DNA of 64,000 nucleotides from Candidatus Dormiibacterota bacterium. Lineage in GTDB: Bacteria > Chloroflexota > Dormibacteria > Aeolococcales > Aeolococcaceae. The first letter of the stretch is position 1; each line of letters starts with the position of its first letter. Both the position numbers and the translations under genes were made by a program. Positions 57,083-64,000 of this stretch are shown here, one piece after another. Below the pieces are notes generated by a model. The model was not told the DNA's origin and did no database searches. It worked only from the letters and a program-made list of their open reading frames with translations. The stretch lies in NCBI GenBank assembly GCA_036732145.1, contig DAINCY010000003.1, positions 9,596 to 73,595 on the forward strand, given 5' to 3'.

Positions 57083-58906
57083 CTACTCCGGGCGGGTGTG
57101 AGACGCGCCCACCGGATCCCGGGGCCGAAGCCGCCGCAGGCCGCCGTCGACGCGCTCGGTGACGTGGATGCTGTCCAGGTACTCCAGGAGGGGTACAGCC
57201 ACTCGCCGCGTGGTGTCGAGCGTCTGGCGCGCCGATGACAGGGTGAACGGCTGCGGGACCTCGCTCAGGCGTCTGGCGGCAACCTGAGGCGCGTCGGGAA
57301 GCAGGACCACCTCGCCGGCGAGCCGGAGAATGGTGCCGGCGGCCGCGGCGGCACCGAGTTCGCGCCGGCCCAGGCCGAGGGCGGCAAGCTGGGGTTGCTC
57401 GGGAGCACGGAACGGCTGGTCACGCAGGGAGTCGGCGAGGCGGGCGACGGCGGCAGCGACATCGGCACGCAGGACAATCGCGGCACCACGGCGGCGAACT
57501 CGTCCTCGGACCTCCTCGAGCTCCGGAGAGCCGGCCAGCAGCGCCGCGAGCAGCCCCGGGTCGGGAAGATCGAGGGCACGCACCAGCTCGGCTGGAACGA
57601 CCCCCGCGTCGATGAGCCCGCCGGTTCCGCGCGCGTCGACCGCGCTCGGCAACTGCTGCAGCCACCCGTCCCATCGGCCGCGCTCGACGAGCCAGCGGCC
57701 GGCGGCCACAGCGGTCGCCGGCGGCGGATCGGGGATGGTCACCCCGATCGCGGCGAGCAGTGCGACGCTGGCTGCGCCCCGTCTGGCCAGCTCAGCCTCG
57801 AGGTCGGGGGTTCCGGAGTGGTCGCGCAGCGCTATAGCCCGGGCGCGCGCCGCGCCGCGGCGGCGCAGCGGCGGTGGCGCCGGGTCGAGGACGGTCGCGC
57901 CGCCGAGAATGAGGCGGCGCCCCGGATCGCGGAGCAGGATGCGATCGCCGACCTGGAGCGGAAGTGCCGCCGCCAGCTGGAGCCGCACCGCGACTCCGTG
58001 CCGGCGATCCTCAGGCGCGCCCGCCAGAGGGCGGACCGTCGCCGGCACGGCCGCGGAGCCGATGTGGACCACCAGCCGGGTGGGCAGGTCTGCATCAGCC
58101 GTGCGCACGTCGACAACGGCCGTGGTCCGCCACGCGGCCGGGGTGAGCAGCACGTGGCCGCGGCGAACCGCCTCGTGGGCAACGCCACGGAGGTTGAGCG
58201 CCACCCGCGCGACGCCGCTGACCTCGTCGACCCCCTCACCGAGACACTGCAGACCGCGCACGCTCACCTCGCGGCCCTGCAGCTCGAGGGTGTCGCCGCG
58301 ACGCAGAGTGCCCGCTGCGAGCGTGCCGGTGACAACGGTGCCGCTGCCGCGGATGGTGAAACTGCGATCGAGCCAGAGCCGCACCCGCGCCCCGGGGTCG
58401 GACGTGGGGAGACGGCGCACCAGGTCGTCGAGGGCGGTGCGCAGCTCACCGAGCCCTTCACCGGTCGCGCCCGACACTGGCACCACGGGGGTCCCGGCAA
58501 GGCTGGTGGTGGCGAGCCGAGCCGCCGCCTGCCCTCGAGCCACCGCGGGATCAGCCAGGTCGCTCCGAGAGACGGCCACGACGCCGTGGCGGACGCCGAG
58601 TCCGTCGAGGACGCGGACGTGATCCTCTGTCTGCGCGGCCCACCCCTCGTCGGCGGCGATCACCAGCATCACCGCGGGCACCGGCCCGACGCCGGCGAGC
58701 ATGTTGGTGGCGAAGCGTTCATGCCCGGGCACATCGACGAAGGCAACCTGTGACCCCGACGGCAACCGCGTCCACGCGAACCCCAGGTCGATGGTCATCC
58801 CGCGTCGTCGCTCCTCCGCCCAGCGATCCGGCTCCATGCCGGTGAGAGCGCGCACCAGCGTCGACTTTCCGTGGTCGACGTGCCCGGCGGTGGCGATCAC
58901 CTGCAC
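57083..58906 (-). CDS. selB: Selenocysteine-specific elongation factor SelB
   Basis: 607 aa. The GTPase N-terminus is IATAGHVDHGKSTL, DVPGHE. A long C-terminal winged-helix extension is present. The GTG start overlaps the selA end by 10 nt. Confidence 0.9.
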   Translation of the reverse strand: MQVIATAGHVDHGKSTLVRALTGMEPDRWAEERRRGMTIDLGFAWTRLPSGSQVAFVDVPGHERFATNMLAGVGPVPAVMLVIAADEGWAAQTEDHVRVLDGLGVRHGVVAVSRSDLADPAVARGQAAARLATTSLAGTPVVPVSGATGEGLGELRTALDDLVRRLPTSDPGARVRLWLDRSFTIRGSGTVVTGTLAAGTLRRGDTLELQGREVSVRGLQCLGEGVDEVSGVARVALNLRGVAHEAVRRGHVLLTPAAWRTTAVVDVRTADADLPTRLVVHIGSAAVPATVRPLAGAPEDRRHGVAVRLQLAAALPLQVGDRILLRDPGRRLILGGATVLDPAPPPLRRRGAARARAIALRDHSGTPDLEAELARRGAASVALLAAIGVTIPDPPPATAVAAGRWLVERGRWDGWLQQLPSAVDARGTGGLIDAGVVPAELVRALDLPDPGLLAALLAGSPELEEVRGRVRRRGAAIVLRADVAAAVARLADSLRDQPFRAPEQPQLAALGLGRRELGAAAAAGTILRLAGEVVLLPDAPQVAARRLSEVPQPFTLSSARQTLDTTRRVAVPLLEYLDSIHVTERVDGGLRRLRPRDPVGASHTRPE

Positions 58907-60180
58907 GCCAGCACAGCCTCGAGCAGCGCGGTGTCCTGATCAGCCGGCACGCATCGGAGGTCGAGCAGACAGCGGCCGTGCTCGACCCGGCCGACCACCG
59001 CGGGGACGCCGGCGCGGAGTCGATCCGCGTAGCGCTCCGGCAGGCTGACGGCCCACCCGAGAAGGGCGACACCGGGCGCGCTGCCGCCGCCGACGGCCCC
59101 GTGGCAGGGCACCACGCCTGCCTCGGCACCCAGACGGGAGGCGATCGCCCTCACGCGATCGCGCAACGACTCTCCATCGACGTGGAGAGCGGCCACGGTG
59201 GGAGTTGGGGGCCCGGTCAGGGTGGCCTCGAGGGCGGCCAGGGTCAGCTTGTCGACGCGCAGGGCCCTGGCCATCGGATGACGGCGGAGGCGGGCGACGA
59301 GGTCGGCGCGACCGGCGATGATCCCCGCCTGGGGCCCGCCGAGCAGCTTGTCGCCGCTGGCGGTGACCAGGTCGGCCCCGGCTCGGAGCGTGCCGGCGAT
59401 GTCGGGCTCGTCCTCGAGCAGCGGGTCGTGGCTCAGCAGCCCGGAACCGACATCGACGACCAGCGGCACGCCCAGGCCGGTCAGCGCGGCCACCGGCACC
59501 GCGGCTGTGAACCCGGCCATCCGGAAGTTGGAGGGATGCACCTTGAGGATGCAGCCGGTGCCCTCGCCCACCGCGGCGACGTAGTCGTCGCGCACCGTCC
59601 GGTTGGTGGTGCCCACCTCGCGAATGCGCGCACCGGTCGAGGCGACGAGGTCGGGCAGACGGAATCCGTCGCCGATCTCGACCATCTCGCCACGGCTCCA
59701 GACAACGTCGCGGCCCTGGGCCAGTGCTGTCACCGCCAGGATCAGGGCGGCCGCCCCATTGTTGACCACGAGCACGTCGCCCGCGTCCGGCAGCGCGGCG
59801 CGCAGAGCGGCCAGCGCACCCCGTCCGCGCGGCGCCCGGGCCCCTGTGGCGAGGTCGTATTCGACGTCGACGTACGCCGCGGCGGCGATGACCGCCTCAC
59901 GGGCGGCCGCTGAGAGGGCTGCCCGGCCGAGGTTGGTGTGGAGAATCACGCCGGTGGCGTTGAGCACCGGGTGCAGCGTCGACGCGTGCGCCGGGAGGTT
60001 GTCGAGCACGTCCTCGACCAGTGCATCGGCATCGACTGTGCCGCGGCGCACCCGTTCCTGGGTGTCTCGCACCGCGGACCGCACCAGGCGTCGCCCGAGG
60101 CGTGTCAGCGGCTCGCGCAGCCGGGCGTCGGAGAGCACGACGTCAGTGGACGGAACGGAACGGCGCGGGTCCGCGAGCAT
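58897..60180 (-). CDS. selA: L-seryl-tRNA(Sec) selenium transferase SelA
   Basis: ATG at 60180 in ORF 58897..60306. The longer ORF would run through the tRNA gene. The N-terminus is MLADPRRSVPSTDVVL. It has a PLP-fold body with SGDKLLGGPQAG (PLP Lys). Confidence 0.9.
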   Translation of the reverse strand: MLADPRRSVPSTDVVLSDARLREPLTRLGRRLVRSAVRDTQERVRRGTVDADALVEDVLDNLPAHASTLHPVLNATGVILHTNLGRAALSAAAREAVIAAAAYVDVEYDLATGARAPRGRGALAALRAALPDAGDVLVVNNGAAALILAVTALAQGRDVVWSRGEMVEIGDGFRLPDLVASTGARIREVGTTNRTVRDDYVAAVGEGTGCILKVHPSNFRMAGFTAAVPVAALTGLGVPLVVDVGSGLLSHDPLLEDEPDIAGTLRAGADLVTASGDKLLGGPQAGIIAGRADLVARLRRHPMARALRVDKLTLAALEATLTGPPTPTVAALHVDGESLRDRVRAIASRLGAEAGVVPCHGAVGGGSAPGVALLGWAVSLPERYADRLRAGVPAVVGRVEHGRCLLDLRCVPADQDTALLEAVLACR

Positions 60181-60221
60181 CTCGTTGAACCTGGTGACGG
60201 TGCTGTCGACGACGGCCGGGG

Positions 60222-60314
60222 CGGAGGCGGACGGGAATCGAACCCGCCTGGCCGGGATACCCGGCCACTCTGATTTTGAAGACCAGGAGGGCCACCAGGC
60301 ACCCAAACGCCTCC
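60222..60314 (-). tRNA. selC: tRNA-Sec (anticodon TCA)
   Basis: 93 nt. GGAGGCG/CGCCTCC form the acceptor stem. The anticodon loop is CU-UCA-AA. There is an 8-bp variable arm (UGGCCGGG-UAU-CCCGGCCA) and a T-arm with UUCGAUU. Acceptor plus T helices total 13 bp. Discriminator is G. It lies 41 nt upstream of selA. Confidence 0.85.
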
Positions 60315-60388
60315 AGGCGACAGCCTACGAAACCACGTCCTTCGCCAGGTCGCAGCGGCGCGAGAACCGGCTGTGCAACACTCGATTC

Positions 60389-61375
60389 GTGCGTCTCACC
60401 GGCTACGCGCACGGCGGTGGCTGTGCATGCAAGATCCCGCCCGGCGAGCTGGAGCTGATGCTTGCGGGACTCACCGGTGCACCGTCCTTGCCGCTCCTGG
60501 TCGGCTTCGACGAGGGCGACGACGCCGCTGCGGTGCGACTGGACGGAAACGGGACGGCTGTGCTGAGCACCGTCGACTTCTTCACTCCCGTTGTCGACGA
60601 CGCCTACGACTGGGGGCGCATCGCCGCCGCCAACGCGCTGTCCGACATCTACGCAATGGGCGGCCGTCCCATCCTCGCCGTCAACCTGCTCTGCTGGCCC
60701 ATAGCCCTGCTACCGCTCGAACTCGCCACCGAGGTGCTTCGCGGAGGGCTTGACGTCGCCACCGCCGCTGATTGTCCGCTCGCTGGAGGACACAGCGTCG
60801 ATGACCCGGAGCCAAAGTACGGCCTTGCGGTGACCGGCGTCGCGCCCGTCGACCGGCTCCTGCGCAACAACGCCGGCGTCCCCGGACTGCCGATCTCGCT
60901 CACCAAACCGCTGGGGCTTGGAGTGCTGAACAGCAGGCACAAGCAGACGGGCGAGGTCTTCCCAGAGGCAGTGGACACCATGGCGCGTCTCAACCGAGAC
61001 GCGGCGGATGCCGCGCTGAACGCCGGGGTGCGCTGTGTCACCGATGTCACCGGCTTCGGACTGCTCGGCCACCTCTACAAGCTGGCGCGCGCCAGCAACG
61101 TTACCGCGGTGATCGATGCCGATGCCGTGCCCTATCTCGACGGCGCCCGCGACGCTCTCCGTGACGGGTATGTCAGCGGGGGGACGCGCCGGAACCTGGC
61201 CTGGGTCGATCCCCACGTGGGCTGGTCCGGCCGCGCCGAGACCGACGAGGGCGAGCGCCTGCTGCTCGCCGACGCGCAGACCAGCGGAGGCCTGCTCATC
61301 TGCGGCGAGGTGCCGGGCGCACCGGTGATCGGCGAACTGCGGCCGCGCGGCGAGCACGTCATCGAGATCCGTTGA
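60389..61375 (+). CDS. selD: Selenide, water dikinase SelD (Cys form)
   Basis: GTG at 60389 in ORF 59603..61375. VRLTGYAHGGGCACKIPPGEL is the N-terminal active-site loop and carries Cys, not UGA. The body has the AIR-synthase fold. Confidence 0.9.
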   Translation: MRLTGYAHGGGCACKIPPGELELMLAGLTGAPSLPLLVGFDEGDDAAAVRLDGNGTAVLSTVDFFTPVVDDAYDWGRIAAANALSDIYAMGGRPILAVNLLCWPIALLPLELATEVLRGGLDVATAADCPLAGGHSVDDPEPKYGLAVTGVAPVDRLLRNNAGVPGLPISLTKPLGLGVLNSRHKQTGEVFPEAVDTMARLNRDAADAALNAGVRCVTDVTGFGLLGHLYKLARASNVTAVIDADAVPYLDGARDALRDGYVSGGTRRNLAWVDPHVGWSGRAETDEGERLLLADAQTSGGLLICGEVPGAPVIGELRPRGEHVIEIR

Positions 61376-61379
61376 GGCG

Positions 61380-61670
61380 ATGACCGAGGGCGACACGGCG
61401 CACGACCCCGGATGGTGCGAGCGCTTCGGCGACTCGCTGGCGGGCGGGGCTGGACTGGCCGCCTCTCCCCTCACACCGAAGCTGCAGGCCAGGTTGCTGA
61501 GCATCGCGCGCGACATCGCCCACGGCACCGAACGCAAGAACGCACCGGTCTGCGCATTCATTGCCGGTCGCTACGTCGAGGCTCGCTGCGCGCAGGGGGT
61601 CGATGTGGGCACAGCCCTCAGCGAGGTGGCCGAGGCGGCCGCCCGGCTGCTTCGCGACACCACGCTGTGA
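61380..61670 (+). CDS. Small conserved hypothetical, DUF6457-like (often next to mobA)
   Basis: 96 aa. The ATG lies 5 nt after the selD stop. LLSIARDIAHGTERKNAPVCAFIAG resembles the DUF6457 core (from memory). Its 3' end overlaps the convergent mobA by 53 nt. Confidence 0.5.
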   Translation: MTEGDTAHDPGWCERFGDSLAGGAGLAASPLTPKLQARLLSIARDIAHGTERKNAPVCAFIAGRYVEARCAQGVDVGTALSEVAEAAARLLRDTTL

Positions 61671-62238
61671 CGTCCTCGGGCCGGTTGAGGTTGACGGCGA
61701 ATCGTGCTGCGGCATCGGCACCGATGAGCCCGGCGGCATCGATCCGCCGTACCCGGAGCCGGTCAAGCAGGCCCCGCAACGAGCGGTCCGCACTCTGCAG
61801 CGCCGTCTCGGCCTCGGCGAGCGCGCTCCGCGCGTATATCGCGTGCAGGGGCTCGGGGCCCCGCGGGCCCAGCGGCACCACCGCGTCCTCACCGTCCCAC
61901 AGAGCGGCGAGCTGGACGAGCAGCGACGGCTCGCTGTCGGGCATGTCCACGGCCACCACCGCGCAGAGCTGGTGGGGCGTGACCCGGAGCACGGCGACCA
62001 GGCCTCCGAGCGCCCCGCGCCCGGCGACGGCGTCGGGAACGCTGAGGCAGTGTTCATGCGTCCACGTGTGCGAGCCGGTCGCTAGCAGCACGGGATCCGC
62101 GACGGTCCTCAGCCGGCGAACAGCGCGCTCGAGCAGCGTGGTACCGCCAATCTCGAGCCCGGTCTTGTCCCGGCCCATGCGGGTGCTCAGCCCGCCGCAC
62201 AGGATGGCACCCGCCAGTGGCGAACCTGCCGCACTCAT
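61618..62238 (-). CDS. mobA: Molybdenum cofactor guanylyltransferase MobA
   Basis: ATG at 62238 in ORF 61618..62415. AGAILCGGLSTRMGRDK and VAVDMP are present. Confidence 0.8.
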   Translation of the reverse strand: MSAAGSPLAGAILCGGLSTRMGRDKTGLEIGGTTLLERAVRRLRTVADPVLLATGSHTWTHEHCLSVPDAVAGRGALGGLVAVLRVTPHQLCAVVAVDMPDSEPSLLVQLAALWDGEDAVVPLGPRGPEPLHAIYARSALAEAETALQSADRSLRGLLDRLRVRRIDAAGLIGADAAARFAVNLNRPEDVTAWCREAAGRPPRPPR

Positions 62239-62259
62239 CGCGGCCAAGCCTACCGGCCC

Positions 62260-63492
62260 GTGGTGACGACGACACCGGCAGGCGAGACCCTGCTGCCGGT
62301 GCAGGTGGCCTTGCAGCGTCTTCTTGCGCTGCTGACCGTCACCGAGGTCGAGATGGTGCCGCTTGACCAAGCCTGCGGGCGCATTCTCGCCGCGGACGTC
62401 ACCAGCACGCGCCATCTGCCCGGCTGCGACAACTCGGCGATGGACGGCTTCGCCGTTCGCGCGGCCGACTGCGCCGGCGCCGCGGCATCGTCGCCGGCGA
62501 CCCTACCTGTCAGCGGCGAGGCTCGCACGGGCGTGGCCGCAGCGGACCTTGCGGCCGGCACGGCGATGTCGATCACTACCGGCGCACCGATACCACGCAA
62601 TGCCGACGCGGTGGTCCGCGTCGAGGACACGCGTCCCCGTGGCGACAGTGTCGAGATCCTCGTCGCGGTCACCGCCGGCACCGCCGTGCGGGGCGCCGGC
62701 GTGGACGTGCGACCCGGCATGGTGATGGTGCCGGCCGGCAGGCGGGTGCGGCCGATCGATGTCGCCGCCTGTGCGGCGGTCGGCGCTCACTCGCTCGCGG
62801 TCCACCGCCGGCCGCGGGTGGCAATTGTCGGCGGCGGCGACGAGCTGGTTGCGCCGGACGTCGACCCCGCTCCTCACCAGGTGGCGGACAGCAACTCGCC
62901 GATGCTTGCTGCGGCGGTCGCCGAGGCGGGAGGAGAGCCGGTGGCGTTCGGCGTGATGGCCGACGACCGGAGCGCGGTGCGCCACCGTCTGCAGGTGGCA
63001 GCGGGCTGCGACCTCGTGCTGACCAGCGCCGGCGTCAGCCTCGGCCCGCACGACCACGTGCGCTCGGTCGCCGAGGAGCTGGGCAGCGTCGACGCTTGGC
63101 AGATCGCCATGCGCCCGGGGAAGCCGCTGCTGATCGGCACGGTGCTCGGCACGCCGCTGCTGGGGCTGCCGGGCAACCCGGTCAGCAGCGCGGTGACCTT
63201 CGAGCTCTTCGGTCGCCCGGCGATCCTCTCCCTCCAGTCCGCCACCCGCATTCACCGGCAGCGCATCGCCGTCCGCCTCGGGGAGGCCGTGTCCACTCCG
63301 CGGATGCTCGAGACCTACCTGCGCGTGCGCCTCGACGACGCGACCGATGGGATACCCGTCGCCAGGCTCAGCGGCAACCAGGGCTCCGCGATGCTTCGCT
63401 CGCTGAGCGACGCTGATGCGCTCCTCATGGTCCCGGTCGGCGTCGGCGAAGCCCCCGAAGGGAGCGTGTGGACGGGGATTGCCCTGACATGA
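62260..63492 (+). CDS. moeA: Molybdopterin molybdenumtransferase MoeA
   Basis: 410 aa. DNSAMDGFAVRAAD, TGAPIP, GGVSLG-like TSAGVSLGPHD and LPGNPVSS are present. Confidence 0.9.
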   Translation: MVTTTPAGETLLPVQVALQRLLALLTVTEVEMVPLDQACGRILAADVTSTRHLPGCDNSAMDGFAVRAADCAGAAASSPATLPVSGEARTGVAAADLAAGTAMSITTGAPIPRNADAVVRVEDTRPRGDSVEILVAVTAGTAVRGAGVDVRPGMVMVPAGRRVRPIDVAACAAVGAHSLAVHRRPRVAIVGGGDELVAPDVDPAPHQVADSNSPMLAAAVAEAGGEPVAFGVMADDRSAVRHRLQVAAGCDLVLTSAGVSLGPHDHVRSVAEELGSVDAWQIAMRPGKPLLIGTVLGTPLLGLPGNPVSSAVTFELFGRPAILSLQSATRIHRQRIAVRLGEAVSTPRMLETYLRVRLDDATDGIPVARLSGNQGSAMLRSLSDADALLMVPVGVGEAPEGSVWTGIALT

Positions 63493-64000
63493 CCGTGCGA
63501 CGGCGTCGGGTGAGACGGCTGCATGTCGACGGCAACGCCGGATGGCTGACGGACGAGCTCGCTGCGGAGGAGCCGTTGGAGATCCGCTTGGACGGCGAAC
63601 CGCTCAGCGTCACCATGCGCACGCCCGGAGCGGACTTCGACCTTGCCGCCGGGTTTCTCGTCACTGAGGGCATCATCGCTGCGGTGGACGAGATCACCTC
63701 GATGAAGATGTGCCCGCACGCCGCATCGACGTCCGGTGAATACAACGTCGTCGAGGTGGTGCTGCGGCGCCATCGCCCAGGGCTTGCGGGCGCCCGCAAC
63801 TTCTTCATGTCGTCATCCTGCGGTGTCTGCGGCAAGGCAACCATTGACGCGGTGCGGACGCGCTCGCCGTACACGGTTCGCGATGATCCCTTGGTGGTGG
63901 CGCCGTCATTGCTCGCCGCGCTGCCGGACACGCTACGCACCGCGCAGCAGATGTTCACACGCACCGGCGGTCTGCATGCGGCTGCAATCTTCAGCGCCGC
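63489..64000 (+). CDS. fdhD: Formate dehydrogenase accessory sulfurtransferase FdhD (partial, runs off the right edge)
   Basis: The ATG at 63489 overlaps the moeA stop (ATGA). The frame stays open to the window end. EEPLEIRLDGEPLSVTMRTPGADFDLAAGFLVTEGII and the SSCGVCGK cysteine motif are present. Confidence 0.85.
   Translation, partial: MTVRRRRVRRLHVDGNAGWLTDELAAEEPLEIRLDGEPLSVTMRTPGADFDLAAGFLVTEGIIAAVDEITSMKMCPHAASTSGEYNVVEVVLRRHRPGLAGARNFFMSSSCGVCGKATIDAVRTRSPYTVRDDPLVVAPSLLAALPDTLRTAQQMFTRTGGLHAAAIFSA

Noticed and set aside
60389-60450. Possibility that SelD is itself a selenoprotein
   Set aside because: The active-site loop reads GGGCACK with TGC/TGT Cys codons. There is no in-frame TGA.
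61618-61670. 53-nt convergent overlap of mobA and the DUF6457-like ORF as a sign of mis-assembly or antisense regulation
   Set aside because: Only the poorly conserved C-terminal tails of the two proteins overlap. Run-on to the next stop is common in GC-rich DNA, and nothing else looks anomalous.

Overview
GC-rich chromosomal segment (GC not computed) whose gene order looks actinobacterial. It is almost entirely core housekeeping genes, mostly on the minus strand and tightly packed. Two classic synteny blocks are present. The first is uvrC / rapZ-whiA / gap-pgk-tpiA-gpmI / secG. The second is glmS-acpS/nnrD, thiL-tsaE-tsaB-rimI-tsaD and groES-groEL. Both blocks carry local rearrangements: yvcK is missing, a two-component system is inserted, and a dtxR+ZIP pair is inserted. 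The right-hand 12 kb is the most coherent functional island. It is a complete selenocysteine-dependent formate dehydrogenase locus: fdnG with an in-frame UGA plus a candidate SECIS, fdnH, an NrfD-type subunit, selB, selA, tRNA-Sec, selD, mobA, moeA and fdhD. Three tRNAs are supported (Pro-TGG, Leu-CAG, Sec-TCA). Regulatory sites readable from sequence are a CIRCE operator before groES and a DtxR/IdeR-type iron box before a ZIP transporter. I found no integrase, transposase, CRISPR array, toxin-antitoxin pair or recognisable defence genes, and no convincing evidence for a wholly new multi-gene system. The less ordinary observations are listed here. (1) A DUF3494 ice-binding-like surface protein is bracketed by a ~38-nt imperfect direct repeat next to tRNA-Pro. 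(2) tsaD and pcrA can only start sensibly at CTG inside CTGA stop/start overlaps. (3) An orphan substrate-binding protein has no canonical start upstream of its signal anchor. (4) There is an AcpS-NnrD fusion. (5) There is an argF-cdaA-cdaR-glmS coupled operon. (6) A 241-nt structured leader lies between thiL and a CHAP hydrolase. (7) There is a decayed epoxide hydrolase pseudogene. All family assignments come from reading the translations and recalling motifs; no database search was run.
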